Positions 1-10,316 of a stretch of DNA of 62,249 nt are shown here, one piece after another (the stretch's first letter is position 1; the number at the start of each line of letters is the position of its first letter). Source of the stretch: Corallochytrium limacisporum Hawaii (lineage: Eukaryota > Protista > Pluriformea); NCBI GenBank assembly GCA_002811645.1, contig PDIP01000075.1:1-62249 (forward strand), read 5' to 3'. The translations under genes were made by a program, and so were the position numbers. The notes beneath the pieces were generated by a model, which had not been told where the DNA came from, searched no databases, and worked only from the letters and a program-made list of their open reading frames with translations.

Positions 1-509
1 CCCTCCCGCGCCCCCCCCCCCCCCCCTCTCGTCACAGAGCGCGGCGAGCCGTCAGTGAGAAAGGGCCAGGGTAAGGGGGGGGGTGTCAAAAAAGCGTAAA
101 AGCGGGGCAAATAAAAGGGGGAACGCAACCGGGGAAGTGGAGGACACGGTCAGCGAGCCAAGAAAGCCCACACGCAAACGCGAACCCACACCCACAGCCA
201 CAAACCGGAAAAAAGCCGGCTTCTTCACCGAGACATTAGTCGCGGCCGCCCGGGCCTGCCCTGTGCTCCCTCCCTTCTTCTTCCACCTTTGGCTGTCCCT
301 GCCAGCCCTTCCAGTCCTTGCACAGTTTGGCAATAGGAATATGCGGGCAAAAAATGAAAAAAATTACCGCAATCGGGTATCGAGAACGTGCCCAGCAGAA
401 TCGTATCGGCAGGGTCCCCTATTTCCGGGACTGTGTTGCAGTCAACGGATCGGCATAGATGGTTTAGGTCAAAGAAGTGATAAAAGAACAACAGCAGTGT
501 GAACTCAAC

Positions 510-1658
510 ATGACTGCGGGAATCGACCAGGCGAAAGTGCTTGTAATCGGGGCCGGCGTTTCCGGCCTCACCACGTCCATAGCCCTTCAAGAAGCCGGAT
601 TCAAAGACATTGTAATCATCGGTAATGCTTTCTCGCCTCATACAACCAGCGATGTGGCTGCTGGATTTTGGAGCCCTTACAAAGTAGAGCCAGAAGACAA
701 AATTGTTGGCTGGGGAAAAGAATGTCTGGCTGAATGGGAGCGGATGTACAAGGAGGATCCGCTCGCTGGTATCAGAACCTTTGATGGACGTATCATAGTC
801 TTTACCGAGGAGCAGCATCAAAAGTACATGCGGGAATTCAGTGAATTCAACATGTACGCCAAGGATATGACTGCCGAGGAATTGGCAGACATCCGCCAGC
901 ACAATCCAACAACCGGAGAGAAGTTTGTTCCGCCAGTGGTGCGTGGCATCTTCAACAAGACATACATTATCGATTCTTCGGATCATATGGTATACCTTGA
1001 GAATCGATTCAGAAGCTATCCTAAAGTAAGGCAAGCAGAAATACACAGGGCATGGGTGCAGTGCGTGCGATGTGCGGCGGAGAGGCAAGAAGCTGATCTC
1101 GTCATCAACTGTGCCGGTGTGGAGGGCCCGAGCATCTGCCGTGATTCGGCCGAGATGGTGCCAATGTATGGTGTCGTGGTAAAGGTGAAGCCGATTCCCG
1201 GTGTCGATACTTTTGTGGTCGTGGATGATACACCGGAATCCACGTATATCTTTCCCCGTCCGAAAGACATTGTCCTCGGAGGCTGTGCGATCTCCGGACG
1301 CTGGGACACCACTCCCGATGAAGAAATTGCGGAGTCAATCATCCACCGCTGTGCGCAGCATTCAGAACCGCTTAGGCGCGCTGTGGAGGCAAGGGACGAA
1401 GGCCGTCCAGGTGGACTGGAGATAATCCAGATCGCAGCTGGCCTACGGCCGACTCGCAAGGGCGGAATTCGTCTCGAACTGGACTCAGAGGTGCAGCATT
1501 CCGAGGCTTGTAAGAACCAGTCCTCAAAGTACAGTTTGACCGGTGTGGTTCACAACTATGGTCATGGCGGAGCCGGGTGGACGGTGTCCTGGGGCTGCGC
1601 CCGAGAGGCAGCCAATTTGGCTGAGTCGTTAGTCAACACAACTGCCAGCCAGTTGTAG
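510..1658 (+). CDS. DAO: D-amino acid oxidase / D-aspartate oxidase family FAD oxidase, probably peroxisomal
   Basis: FAD-binding VLVIGAGVSGL, TTSDVAAGFW, TYIFP, GLRPTR and VVHNYGHGGAGWTVSWGCA motifs. C-terminal -SQL is a PTS1-like tripeptide. ATG at 510; the ORF track starts at an upstream GTG. Confidence 0.92.
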   Translation: MTAGIDQAKVLVIGAGVSGLTTSIALQEAGFKDIVIIGNAFSPHTTSDVAAGFWSPYKVEPEDKIVGWGKECLAEWERMYKEDPLAGIRTFDGRIIVFTEEQHQKYMREFSEFNMYAKDMTAEELADIRQHNPTTGEKFVPPVVRGIFNKTYIIDSSDHMVYLENRFRSYPKVRQAEIHRAWVQCVRCAAERQEADLVINCAGVEGPSICRDSAEMVPMYGVVVKVKPIPGVDTFVVVDDTPESTYIFPRPKDIVLGGCAISGRWDTTPDEEIAESIIHRCAQHSEPLRRAVEARDEGRPGGLEIIQIAAGLRPTRKGGIRLELDSEVQHSEACKNQSSKYSLTGVVHNYGHGGAGWTVSWGCAREAANLAESLVNTTASQL

Positions 1659-1928
1659 GTTCCATGATGCGTTGTTTGGTTAAAAGCTGTTCTGTGTGTT
1701 TTATTAAGCAAAGCTTGAATAGAAAAACTGCGGCTGCTACGTGCGCGAAGAGTGCACTATGCTAGTCTGGTATGTGTATGTGTGTTGGTTGGATGAGCAT
1801 TTTTGGAGGTTTCAGACATAGAAATAGTGCACGCGCCGTGTTCAATCACGAGCTCGTTTGAGATGGTTATCAATGTGTGACAAATCTGACAAAGGAAATC
1901 GCAAAGCATCTGAAAATCATCAGACTGA

Positions 1929-4712
1929 TCAGCGGCCAAAGCCAGGGGGCGGGGGCATGCCACCCTTACTCTGCGTCTTCGGCTCAACAGGCATGCGGTA
2001 CTGCATCTGTCCATTGGGGCGACCCCCAAATCCCGGCGGTGGCTGCTTCATGGCTCCGGCCGGGCCAGGAGCTTCGTTGAAACGTGCAAATTTCGAAGAG
2101 GCTGGCAGGCTACTGCGTGGTGACTGAGGACCGCCTACCATACCATTCATGGGAGCTGGTGTCTCATTGGTAAACGCCATAGTCCTGCGGAAGTCAACGC
2201 CTATTTTGTAGCTGTCCTGTTGCTGCGGTGCATTGCCACCATATCCACCAAAGCCGGGCGGCATGCCAGCGGATGAGCCACCTACGTTATCGCCGTAGGG
2301 GCTGCCCTGCAGTGGCTGTTGTTGCTGCTGCTGGGGAGGCTGCTCGCTACCGAAGCGGATAGATGCATGGGGCAACATGCTTTGCAGCATGCCACTCCAG
2401 TCAGAGCCTCCATCGCCACCGTTGGACGCCGCAGCGCCCCCGAATCCAGATGGGCCATTGGGGGCAGGAGGATTGCTACTGCCATTCATGGATCCCAGGA
2501 AAGCAGGACGGCCTCCGTAAACTTGCTGCTGGGTCTGCTGTTGTGATGAACGAGGAGGGCTCTGGGCAGAAGTGGCAGCCCATCGAGAACCGCCACCATT
2601 GCCGCTTGTGTTGGCACCAGTGCTTACATCGAAGCCGCTCCATGTCTTCATGTCACCAATGTCCAGGTTTGCAACGAGAGAATCAATCTCACCGATGGAT
2701 GGCCCAGGTGGTGGCATCTGCAGCTGATGACCAATGGGTACAGGCCCACTGTCTTCCTTGAAGCCGCCATGGGTGGGCATGTCGAACCCTGGAGGACGGG
2801 GAACGGGCGCAGTCTGGCGGCCGGGTGCAGTGGTGCTACCATTGGACACTCCACCACCGATGGCAGGAGCGTCATCGAAGAACTTCATGAAACGGCTACT
2901 GCCTGGGGCAGCGGTTCCGGGAGCAGAAGACTCACCAGAGTTCAGGCCAAACAGTTGGCCCCGCTGACCATACGCATGATCATCGTCCACATTGCTGAGA
3001 GAGTTTCTATAGTCCGGGAAACCGAAGCCAGTAGTGCTGCGCATGGGATTGCTGCCCGGTGCAGCAGTATTGCTCAGACCAGCCAACTCTATGTCCCTAT
3101 GGCTCAACACCGGAGTCTGCTGACCATCAGCATTCTGACTGGCTTGGCGGACAATGTCACTGATCTCATCGATACCGAAGATATGAGCTGGCTGACTTTC
3201 TCCCGCGCCAACTTGCTCTTTAGCCTCGGGGCTCTCTGGCCTACCAGGTGCCTGTCGACTGCGGGTCTGAGTTTGCGGAGCCCGCTGCTGGTGCTGCTGG
3301 AGATGTCGGACTGCCTGCGGTTGTGCCTGACTGTGTCCAACCGCTTTTGGAGCGTCGACACCGACGTTCTCAGTTGAATTTTCGAGACTGTCTGGCAGAC
3401 TGTCGTCATCGCCACCTGTCTTATTTCCTGCCGGTGTGTTGGGCGCGGACTGACCATTGCCTCCCTGTTTGATGATGGCGCTCCATGCACGCTTACCCTT
3501 AGGTTCACCTGCCTTGCTTGGAGTACCTGCTGGTGTACCAGTAGTGCTCTCTCCACCTTCCATGAAGTTCTTGAAGGGCATCTTCACGCCACCAGGAGTG
3601 CGGGTAGTGTTAGAGTCGCGCCTGCTCGGACCGTCGTGCCGACCCGGAGCATCGTGCCTACCCAGGGAGTCATGCCTACCCAGAGCGTCGTGCCTGCTCG
3701 GACCGTCGTGCCTGCCCGGGGCATCATGCCTGCTCGGACCGTCGTGCCTGCCCGGACCGTCGTGCCTGCTCGGACCGTCGTGCCTGCCCGGACCGTCGTG
3801 CCTGCCCGGACCGTCGTGCCTGCCCGGACCGTCGTGCCTGCTCGGACCGTCATGCCTACCCGAAGCATCATTGTCCACATCTGGAACTGTTTGGTCATCA
3901 CCGCCGCTTTTCTTGCTCATCCGGCGCTGGTGAGGCCCTTTCTCTGTACTCTTGATCAATTTAAACAACGGGTGTTTCATGTGTACGGACTTCTGCATTT
4001 CTTCCTTGGTGAAGGATGCATCAGGATCCCCGAGATGGTGCAAATACATGCAGTCCGGGTTCGGACACGTACTGTTCCTCAAAAAGTGTGTGCAATACTT
4101 AGTGGTACCGAAACTTGCTCTCAGAGTGCGGCCATCAACAAATAGGCCGTCGACAGCCTCGATGGCACTGACGGTTTCCTCGAGTTTACTGTATGTGATG
4201 TACGCACTGAATGAATGCCCTTGTGGACCGTGATAGGAGTTTCTGTTCACCACAGCCTTGACGATCTTACCATGAGCCCCAAAGTATTCCGGGCGGCGCA
4301 GGATTTCTTCGCTGGCAATGGAAGGCGAGAGACCGATGACATATACGAGATCTTTTTGAATAACACGCATGTTGCTCAATTCCTTACGCTTCTTCTCATC
4401 AATATATACCTGGCCCTCGGCCTGATCTGCAGGGCCTTCCTTTTCAACTGGTTTCTTTTTCTTTCGCCCCTTAAGGACTGTCTGCATTTCTGTCTGTGTT
4501 ACTGGTCGGAAGTTTGCTGGCTCATCACCATACGACTTTCGACATGCTGGGCATAGCCCGTTGAATTCATTTTTGATATTGTGCCAACAGAACCTACAGA
4601 TCTGATACCCACAAGTGCACGGATAGAAATGTCTGTCGGACAAATCTAACGGTTCCATGCATAAGGGGCATTCGGGATCCGAGTCGTCATTATAGACGTC
4701 TGTTGCCCCCAT
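1929..4712 (-). CDS. CNOT4: CCR4-NOT subunit 4 (NOT4/MOT2), RING E3 ligase
   Basis: C4C4 RING (CPLCMEPL..FYPCTCGYQICRFCW..CPACR), RRM (RVIQKDLVYVIGL..EYFG..GKI), ASFGTTKYC and a CCCH finger (CPNPDCMYLH), then a long low-complexity tail. ATG at 4712. Confidence 0.96.
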   Translation of the reverse strand: MGATDVYNDDSDPECPLCMEPLDLSDRHFYPCTCGYQICRFCWHNIKNEFNGLCPACRKSYGDEPANFRPVTQTEMQTVLKGRKKKKPVEKEGPADQAEGQVYIDEKKRKELSNMRVIQKDLVYVIGLSPSIASEEILRRPEYFGAHGKIVKAVVNRNSYHGPQGHSFSAYITYSKLEETVSAIEAVDGLFVDGRTLRASFGTTKYCTHFLRNSTCPNPDCMYLHHLGDPDASFTKEEMQKSVHMKHPLFKLIKSTEKGPHQRRMSKKSGGDDQTVPDVDNDASGRHDGPSRHDGPGRHDGPGRHDGPGRHDGPSRHDGPGRHDGPSRHDAPGRHDGPSRHDALGRHDSLGRHDAPGRHDGPSRRDSNTTRTPGGVKMPFKNFMEGGESTTGTPAGTPSKAGEPKGKRAWSAIIKQGGNGQSAPNTPAGNKTGGDDDSLPDSLENSTENVGVDAPKAVGHSQAQPQAVRHLQQHQQRAPQTQTRSRQAPGRPESPEAKEQVGAGESQPAHIFGIDEISDIVRQASQNADGQQTPVLSHRDIELAGLSNTAAPGSNPMRSTTGFGFPDYRNSLSNVDDDHAYGQRGQLFGLNSGESSAPGTAAPGSSRFMKFFDDAPAIGGGVSNGSTTAPGRQTAPVPRPPGFDMPTHGGFKEDSGPVPIGHQLQMPPPGPSIGEIDSLVANLDIGDMKTWSGFDVSTGANTSGNGGGSRWAATSAQSPPRSSQQQTQQQVYGGRPAFLGSMNGSSNPPAPNGPSGFGGAAASNGGDGGSDWSGMLQSMLPHASIRFGSEQPPQQQQQQPLQGSPYGDNVGGSSAGMPPGFGGYGGNAPQQQDSYKIGVDFRRTMAFTNETPAPMNGMVGGPQSPRSSLPASSKFARFNEAPGPAGAMKQPPPGFGGRPNGQMQYRMPVEPKTQSKGGMPPPPGFGR
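3621..3854 (-). repeat. Coding 18-bp minisatellite, 13 units, encoding HD(G/A/S)(P/L)(G/S)R inside NOT4
   Basis: Contiguous units such as cctgcccggaccgtcgtg and cctgctcggaccgtcgtg; 13 x 18 = 234 bp. Confidence 0.97.
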
Positions 4713-5216
4713 TTTGGGTTTGCTTTTAACCTCCACGGTTGCTGTGTTTTCTGTACTGCCGAAGCAGCTTCCTTCTATGAAGAAATGTGATAAATATCTA
4801 AAACCTCGTTGAACCCTCGAGGTTTTTCTTTACTATCTCCTTGCTGTGGTGATGCCACTCGGCACATACACCTCTAGTTCTAGTTTGGAAAGTACAGCTA
4901 CCGTTTTGAATTAAAGTTATGAAGTGACTCCGTTAATACCCTAAACAGCGACGAAGAGCACATGAAAAGAGTATGGCGTCAGGTCAAAAAGCCGAGCGTA
5001 GCCTACTATGAACAGCCCAGGGTATACCAAAGAACTAAGACATGCCGGGGATGTACCCTGTGGACTCGCTTGCGGTGTGGTGAGGTGTCCTAGTGCCTTC
5101 ACAAGCACTTGGCTGCTCGACCACGCTAATAGAAAGAGAACGGTCACCCGTCTTGGAACATTGCCTGGCTTCTTTCACATGTCGGCAATTTTAGGATGGA
5201 GAGCCACAGTCAGTAA

Positions 5217-5851
5217 AGAAAGAAAGAGAGAGGGAGAGCGTGTGTGTGTGTGTGTGTGTGCCATTACACAGTGGTAATGGGAGTACCCCGAAACAAAAAA
5301 AAATGCGTCGCACCACCCCCCAAGGTTCAGAGAACCGGGCGGTTCTCTCTGGACTCCGCCCAAAGTTTTTCGTATGATCCACCACACACGCAAACTCTCT
5401 CTCTCTCTCACTCTCTCTCACTCTCTCGCTCCCTGCGGTTCCAAGTCTGACTTTCTGTGGTGTGTGTGTGTGTGTGTGTGCGGAGAGGGGAGACACACAG
5501 GGAGAGAGAGACAGACTGAAGAGGGAGCGGAGGTGAGACTACTACTGGCTTCTGTCTCTCTGTCTCTCTCGCTCTCTTCTCTTCCCCTGAGAGCCTTGCT
5601 GCCTCTCGCACCTTGCCCTCTCTGCCCCGGGCCCGTGTGGGGGGGAAGGAGAGAGGCGGGGGATGGGATCGGGTGGTCTCGTTCGCTCTCTCGCTGGCGC
5701 GTCACTGTCCCTCATGTGCTCAGTCTGCGGCCGTGTTGTGTGTGTGTGTGTGTTTCTTCAGTTGCTTTTCGTTTTTTTTAACTTTTGTGGTCTTTGTGAG
5801 ACACTTGCTCCCACTTTGTGTACACGCGTGTGTGTCTGTGTCTCTGTGTTT

Positions 5852-5882
<31 letters not shown>

Positions 5883-5930
5883 AAATTTTATAAAGTGTCC
5901 TGGTTCTCATGCACGCACACTCACACATGC
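5217..5930. repeat. Cluster of (TG)n, (CT)n and (AG)n microsatellites
   Basis: Multiple dinucleotide runs, e.g. ~5240-5260, 5395-5427, 5460-5480 and 5857-5882. Confidence 0.9.
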
Positions 5931-7387
5931 GTCCTCACAAGCCAGCCTCGCCTCCTCGGTTGGCTGGTTCCCTGCCGCTTGGCTGGTCAGTGTGGCTGTT
6001 ATGAGACCACACTGTGCCCCCCCCAAACCCCTCCTTCCCTCCCGTCCCCTGTCTTCGGCGCGTTAGTCAGGAGGCAGAGCCCTGTATTTACTATGGGAAA
6101 TCATCCGCGTGAACCGCCGGTGCGTGTGGGTGAGGCTGGTCAGCCCATCTCCCCCGCTTGGGGGAGGGGACCGCGAAACACACACACACACACAGAGGAA
6201 CCGGCCGCCTCTCCCACACACAAACCCCCCGCCCCTTTGCGCCTTAGTTTATGATGTACCCAGAAAGAATTTTCTCAAGGGGCCCCCGGTGCTCTGGAAG
6301 AACGAAGAAGAAGAAAAAAAAAAATGAGGACAAAGCCCAAACCGAACAACCGGCACAAAGCACTGCCTTATAGTGCAGGACAGCCAGGGATAAGGAGGGG
6401 GGGAGAGAGAGAGGTGAATCATTCCCGAACACTCTGCACGGCCACTTTCCTTCTTTTCCTTGCCTCTCCCCCCTTTGCCTGCACACTGCAGCGTCGGGAG
6501 ACCCGATGCAGGCCTACTTACGCGCTGAATGACATAAAGAATAAAAATAAGACCCAAAAGAAACCTAGCGATGTCGCCGCAAACAAAAAAAAAAGAATCG
6601 GCAGTCACGGACAGGAAAACAGCAGCCGGTGAAGGAGGAGACCAGCGAAAGTATTGCAACTGCTCCCTTTCTTTGCGAACCTTTCGCCATGCCTTAGGTA
6701 TGAAACTCGGTCATTATCTTTCGGCACTGACCAAATACCACTCATGCTAGCTGGCTCCTCCCGCATCGGGGGCAGCGGTTTGGCGTCAGTGGGCAAAGGG
6801 AAGATGACTATAGTTGACAGTGTTTGCCATTCACAAGAACTACCATGCAATGTATTTAATACTAAAACATGAACCCATGGTGGTATCCATACCTGTCCTG
6901 GGAGTGTAGACCGGAAGCGGGGTATTTGTGGCCAGTATGGCTACACCCGGCCCCCAGCGATCCGTGGTTTATGATACCAAATTCATGCTACTTTCGATCG
7001 GACTTGCCCAAGGGAGCCCTTGATCAGAACACCAGATAAACCCCCAAAAGCAAGGAGAGAAAAAAACAAAACCTAAAAACAAAAGAAAAATCTTGTGCCC
7101 CTGAGAAAGGTCTGTCGTCGCAAGCTCAGCCATTGACGTCACCCCTGTTCGTTCTTCTCGAATTTACTAAAAGGAATAAAGGAGAGAGAGCGAGAGAGAG
7201 AGAAAGGAAAAAAAAAGGAAGAAACCGCGTACTGAACACAGGCGTGCCATTGCTCAGGATATATAGACCCGCAAGGTGACCCGGATCTTCTTTTTGCTCA
7301 TTCTTCGTCGCCTTTTTTGCCACGTGCGATGGTGATCTACTCCGGCGTTTCTATTTCTTATAGTTTCCCGGTTCTTTTATTGCTGTG

Positions 7388-7390
<3 letters not shown>

Positions 7391-7424
<34 letters not shown>
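7391..7424. repeat. (TG)17 microsatellite, followed by CT-rich runs to ~7500
   Basis: Read directly from the sequence. Confidence 0.95.
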
Positions 7425-7430
<6 letters not shown>

Positions 7431-8623
7431 TTGGGCCACACACACGCTCTCTCTCTCTCTCTTTCTTCTTCGTCTTTCTGTCTCTTCCTCTCTCTCTCTC
7501 TTTCACCGCTTGCCGATCCCTCCATGTTCGTGGTGGGCAGGTTGAAAATGTACTACCTGCCAATGCAGAAGATAGCCAATGAAATAGAAATTGAGAAAGA
7601 AGAAGGAGTCAAATTGAGAAAGAAAAAGGACCAGAGCAGACGAACGAAGCGGAGAAACTGAAATTATTCAAAATAAAAAATGAGAAAGAAAATGCGGTGA
7701 TGTGACACACAGCAGCTCGGGATCTGCAGGCCTCCCCCGCTCCTTGCTCGTCTATTCCCCAGTACTGAATATAGTGCTCTTCATCCGGGTTGGAGAACGC
7801 CACGTGCGTTGTTTCGCCTGTGCCATTCCACTTTGCCCGCCCTTGCCCCGCCATCCTTCCCATCCGCGGGCAGGTTGGTCGGTGCTGTTGCTGCTGCTGT
7901 TTGCATCTGATTGGTCCCGTCTGTATTACAATCCGGAAATTCCATGCTAAATATATTATATCATCGACTGTTTCTTGTGCACATTGGTCCCGAAATTGAT
8001 CAAACCTGAACAGACAAAGCGGACGAAAAAAGTCTGTTCGCTCTCGCCTCCCCTGCGTCCGCAACAAAACCATTCTGGGACTCGGCCCTTCCCCAAGGGC
8101 GCGCTGCCAACGTGCTATGAACCGGATGCGCTACTTTTTTTGATGTACGCTCAGTATAGAAACATTGATTAGTTTAGAAAGGGGGACCAGTCAACCCCGC
8201 CGGGGAACGGTTCGGGCTTCCCCCTCCGGGGGCAGAGGGTGTTCCGAACACCCGAGCAAACAGCTTTGGGGCGGCGGCCAGTGAAGGAGGCCCGAGTGGA
8301 CCTCTCCCGATACATAGATGAGCCCTAATCTATACATAATTATTGTGAATTAAATTGGGGGGGGGGATCAGTTTGCGAACAAAAACCTAAAAGAAGGCGT
8401 ACGGGACAACGACACACACAGCACTCCTTGGTACGGGCCTTGTTTCCACGACTGGAGCGTAGACCGCCCCCCGGCCGGGACGAGTTGCCATCGCGGGGTT
8501 GAGGGGGGAAGGCGTTTCCCGGGGCCAGCGTAGGATCATCGGGGGACGGGCACGGAGAATGATTTCAATGGATAGCCTGCATAGTGTTGTATGTGATGAT
8601 GCACGCACGTAATGCTGTGTTTA

Positions 8624-9052
8624 TTATATACGTCTGTGGAAGCTCAGGAAGGCAAAGAGACTGAACAGTGCCTCCATACCGAGCATGCCGAGCAAGATAG
8701 CCACATAAATGAACTCGATGCGCAGCACATCGGTTTGGAAGAACATAAGGTACACAAATCCAAACCCAGCAGGTGCTACCAGCAAGATTGCTATGCCTAG
8801 GGGCACTGTGCGCTCTGTAAGGTTACCTTGCTTTGCAAGGCGGATGCGGAAGAGCTCCAAGCCTAGTAAGAATGCCACGAGTATAACTTCAGCTGCAAAG
8901 TTTGAAGCGCTGTACGCCAGCTGTGTGCCCTTGAAGATAAAGAATCCAGTTTCAGCAATCATGAGTACAAGCAGTAAGGGGCTGTGGAAGTACAGCAAGA
9001 TCTGCAAGCTGAAAAGGCTCCGCGGACCCGGTTCTGTGTTGGCCGCATTCAT
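8624..9052 (-). CDS. TMEM216: TMEM216-like ciliary transition-zone 4-TM protein (TMEM17/216/80 family)
   Basis: 142 aa with four hydrophobic segments. Family motifs LQILLYF, FIFKG..LAY, LELFRIRL..GNLTE and FQTDVLRIE. Confidence 0.85.
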   Translation of the reverse strand: MNAANTEPGPRSLFSLQILLYFHSPLLLVLMIAETGFFIFKGTQLAYSASNFAAEVILVAFLLGLELFRIRLAKQGNLTERTVPLGIAILLVAPAGFGFVYLMFFQTDVLRIEFIYVAILLGMLGMEALFSLFAFLSFHRRI

Positions 9053-9289
9053 GACAATGTGGATGCCTGAGCGGATTGGTGATCTTTGCGACGAGGCTTA
9101 TATTGTTGGCATAGTTCTATCATTCTATCGCCTATAAGTATTAATACGGTATTACTTACTGCGTGTCGTGTTTTCATGTGATTTAAATATATGATCAGTA
9201 GCAGCATTGGCTCTGATGACCCCAAAGTACCCGGTCGATCATGCACTGCGGTGCCCTTCATTTTTCACAAACCCCTTCCCACTCAAGTG

Positions 9290-9480
9290 ATCCGGACTCC
9301 CCTCGCCGAGAGTGGGACTGCAGCTGGGCGAAAGGAAGCCAAAAAAGCCAGCTCGTAGGCAAATTAGCACCAGGCCGCCTGCCATCCCCCCCCCCTCCCG
9401 GTACAAATATTGGAACCCCTTCCCCCGGCCCCTCCCCCCGGGGCAGCGCGCCACCACGGCTCAGTGGGGAGCGACCTTCC
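9290..9480. promoter_or_regulatory. Poly-C/poly-G GC island in the TMEM216/U1-C divergent gap; putative bidirectional promoter
   Basis: C-tracts and C6G4 (9434-9443) between two divergent start codons. Function inferred from position. Confidence 0.5.
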
Positions 9481-9718
9481 TAGCCGTTCGGCAACACTTT
9501 CATCACAGGCAGGAGCCCTATATTGCAAGAGCTTTCCTTTGGTCTAGCGAGTGGTCGGTAGGAGGAAAGGGGTACTTCAACGATTGACTGCTGCATATGA
9601 AATGATAAACTTACAGTTCATTTTCCTGTTCCCTGTAGCTGTCGCCCCAAATCAGACCGCTGCTTGGAAATGGATCTGCAGAATGTAAATACATGTGGCT
9701 GAACCTCCCGCCTCCAGC

Positions 9719-10243
9719 ATGGGGAAGTATTTTTGTGAATACTGTGAGATCTATCTTACACACGATTCACGGGCCGTACGTAAGGTGCATTTGTCGGGAA
9801 AGAAACACAAAGAACATGTGCGTCGGTATTATCAGCGGTGGTATGACATAAATATATTGAAGCGAGTGCCACATGAAGAGCGGGGAAGACGGCCAGACTC
9901 TGATCGGCTCAGGTTCTCGAACTCTGGTACTCCTCGAGACCGCAATAGAGGAGGACTTGTTCCAACAGACCGGCGGGGCCCGCCTCCACCACCAAGGCCA
10001 CCGGGCATGGGCCCGCCCCCCGTTCCTCCACCTTTCAGGGGAGCTCCTCCACCAGCTTATTCGTCCAGCCACCGTGCGGATGGTCGACGTTGGGACGACC
10101 GAAGGGGACCACTGAGGGATGGTAATGGAGGCGATCGGTACCATTATACGGACCGAGATAGGCCCCGCAAACGTGATCGGGACCGGGATTACGACCGGAA
10201 TTACCAGTATGGTTCAGACAAACGTCCCCGTCACCGGCCATGA
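9719..10243 (+). CDS. SNRPC: U1 snRNP protein C
   Basis: N-terminal matrin-type Zn finger [37 protein letters not shown], followed by a Pro-rich and then an Arg/Asp-rich tail. Confidence 0.93.
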   Translation: MGKYFCEYCEIYLTHDSRAVRKVHLSGKKHKEHVRRYYQRWYDINILKRVPHEERGRRPDSDRLRFSNSGTPRDRNRGGLVPTDRRGPPPPPRPPGMGPPPVPPPFRGAPPPAYSSSHRADGRRWDDRRGPLRDGNGGDRYHYTDRDRPRKRDRDRDYDRNYQYGSDKRPRHRP

Positions 10244-10316
10244 CACTGTGTCCCATGAAATGTTAAAGAATTCGTAGCAAGTGTATTCTATCTTTGTACC
10301 GTATAGTTCATACCAC

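Noticed and set aside
225-1088. Long antisense ORFs (225-1088, 35206-36156, 48251-48907 and others)
   Set aside because: They are shadows of well-supported genes on the opposite strand and show no motifs.
3621-3854. Regular repeat array, possibly CRISPR-like
   Set aside because: Units are contiguous with no spacers, in frame within NOT4, and there are no cas genes in this eukaryotic context.
5175-8172. Many ORFs rich in VC, SL, ER or HT dipeptides (also 26669-27421)
   Set aside because: They are translations of dinucleotide microsatellites.
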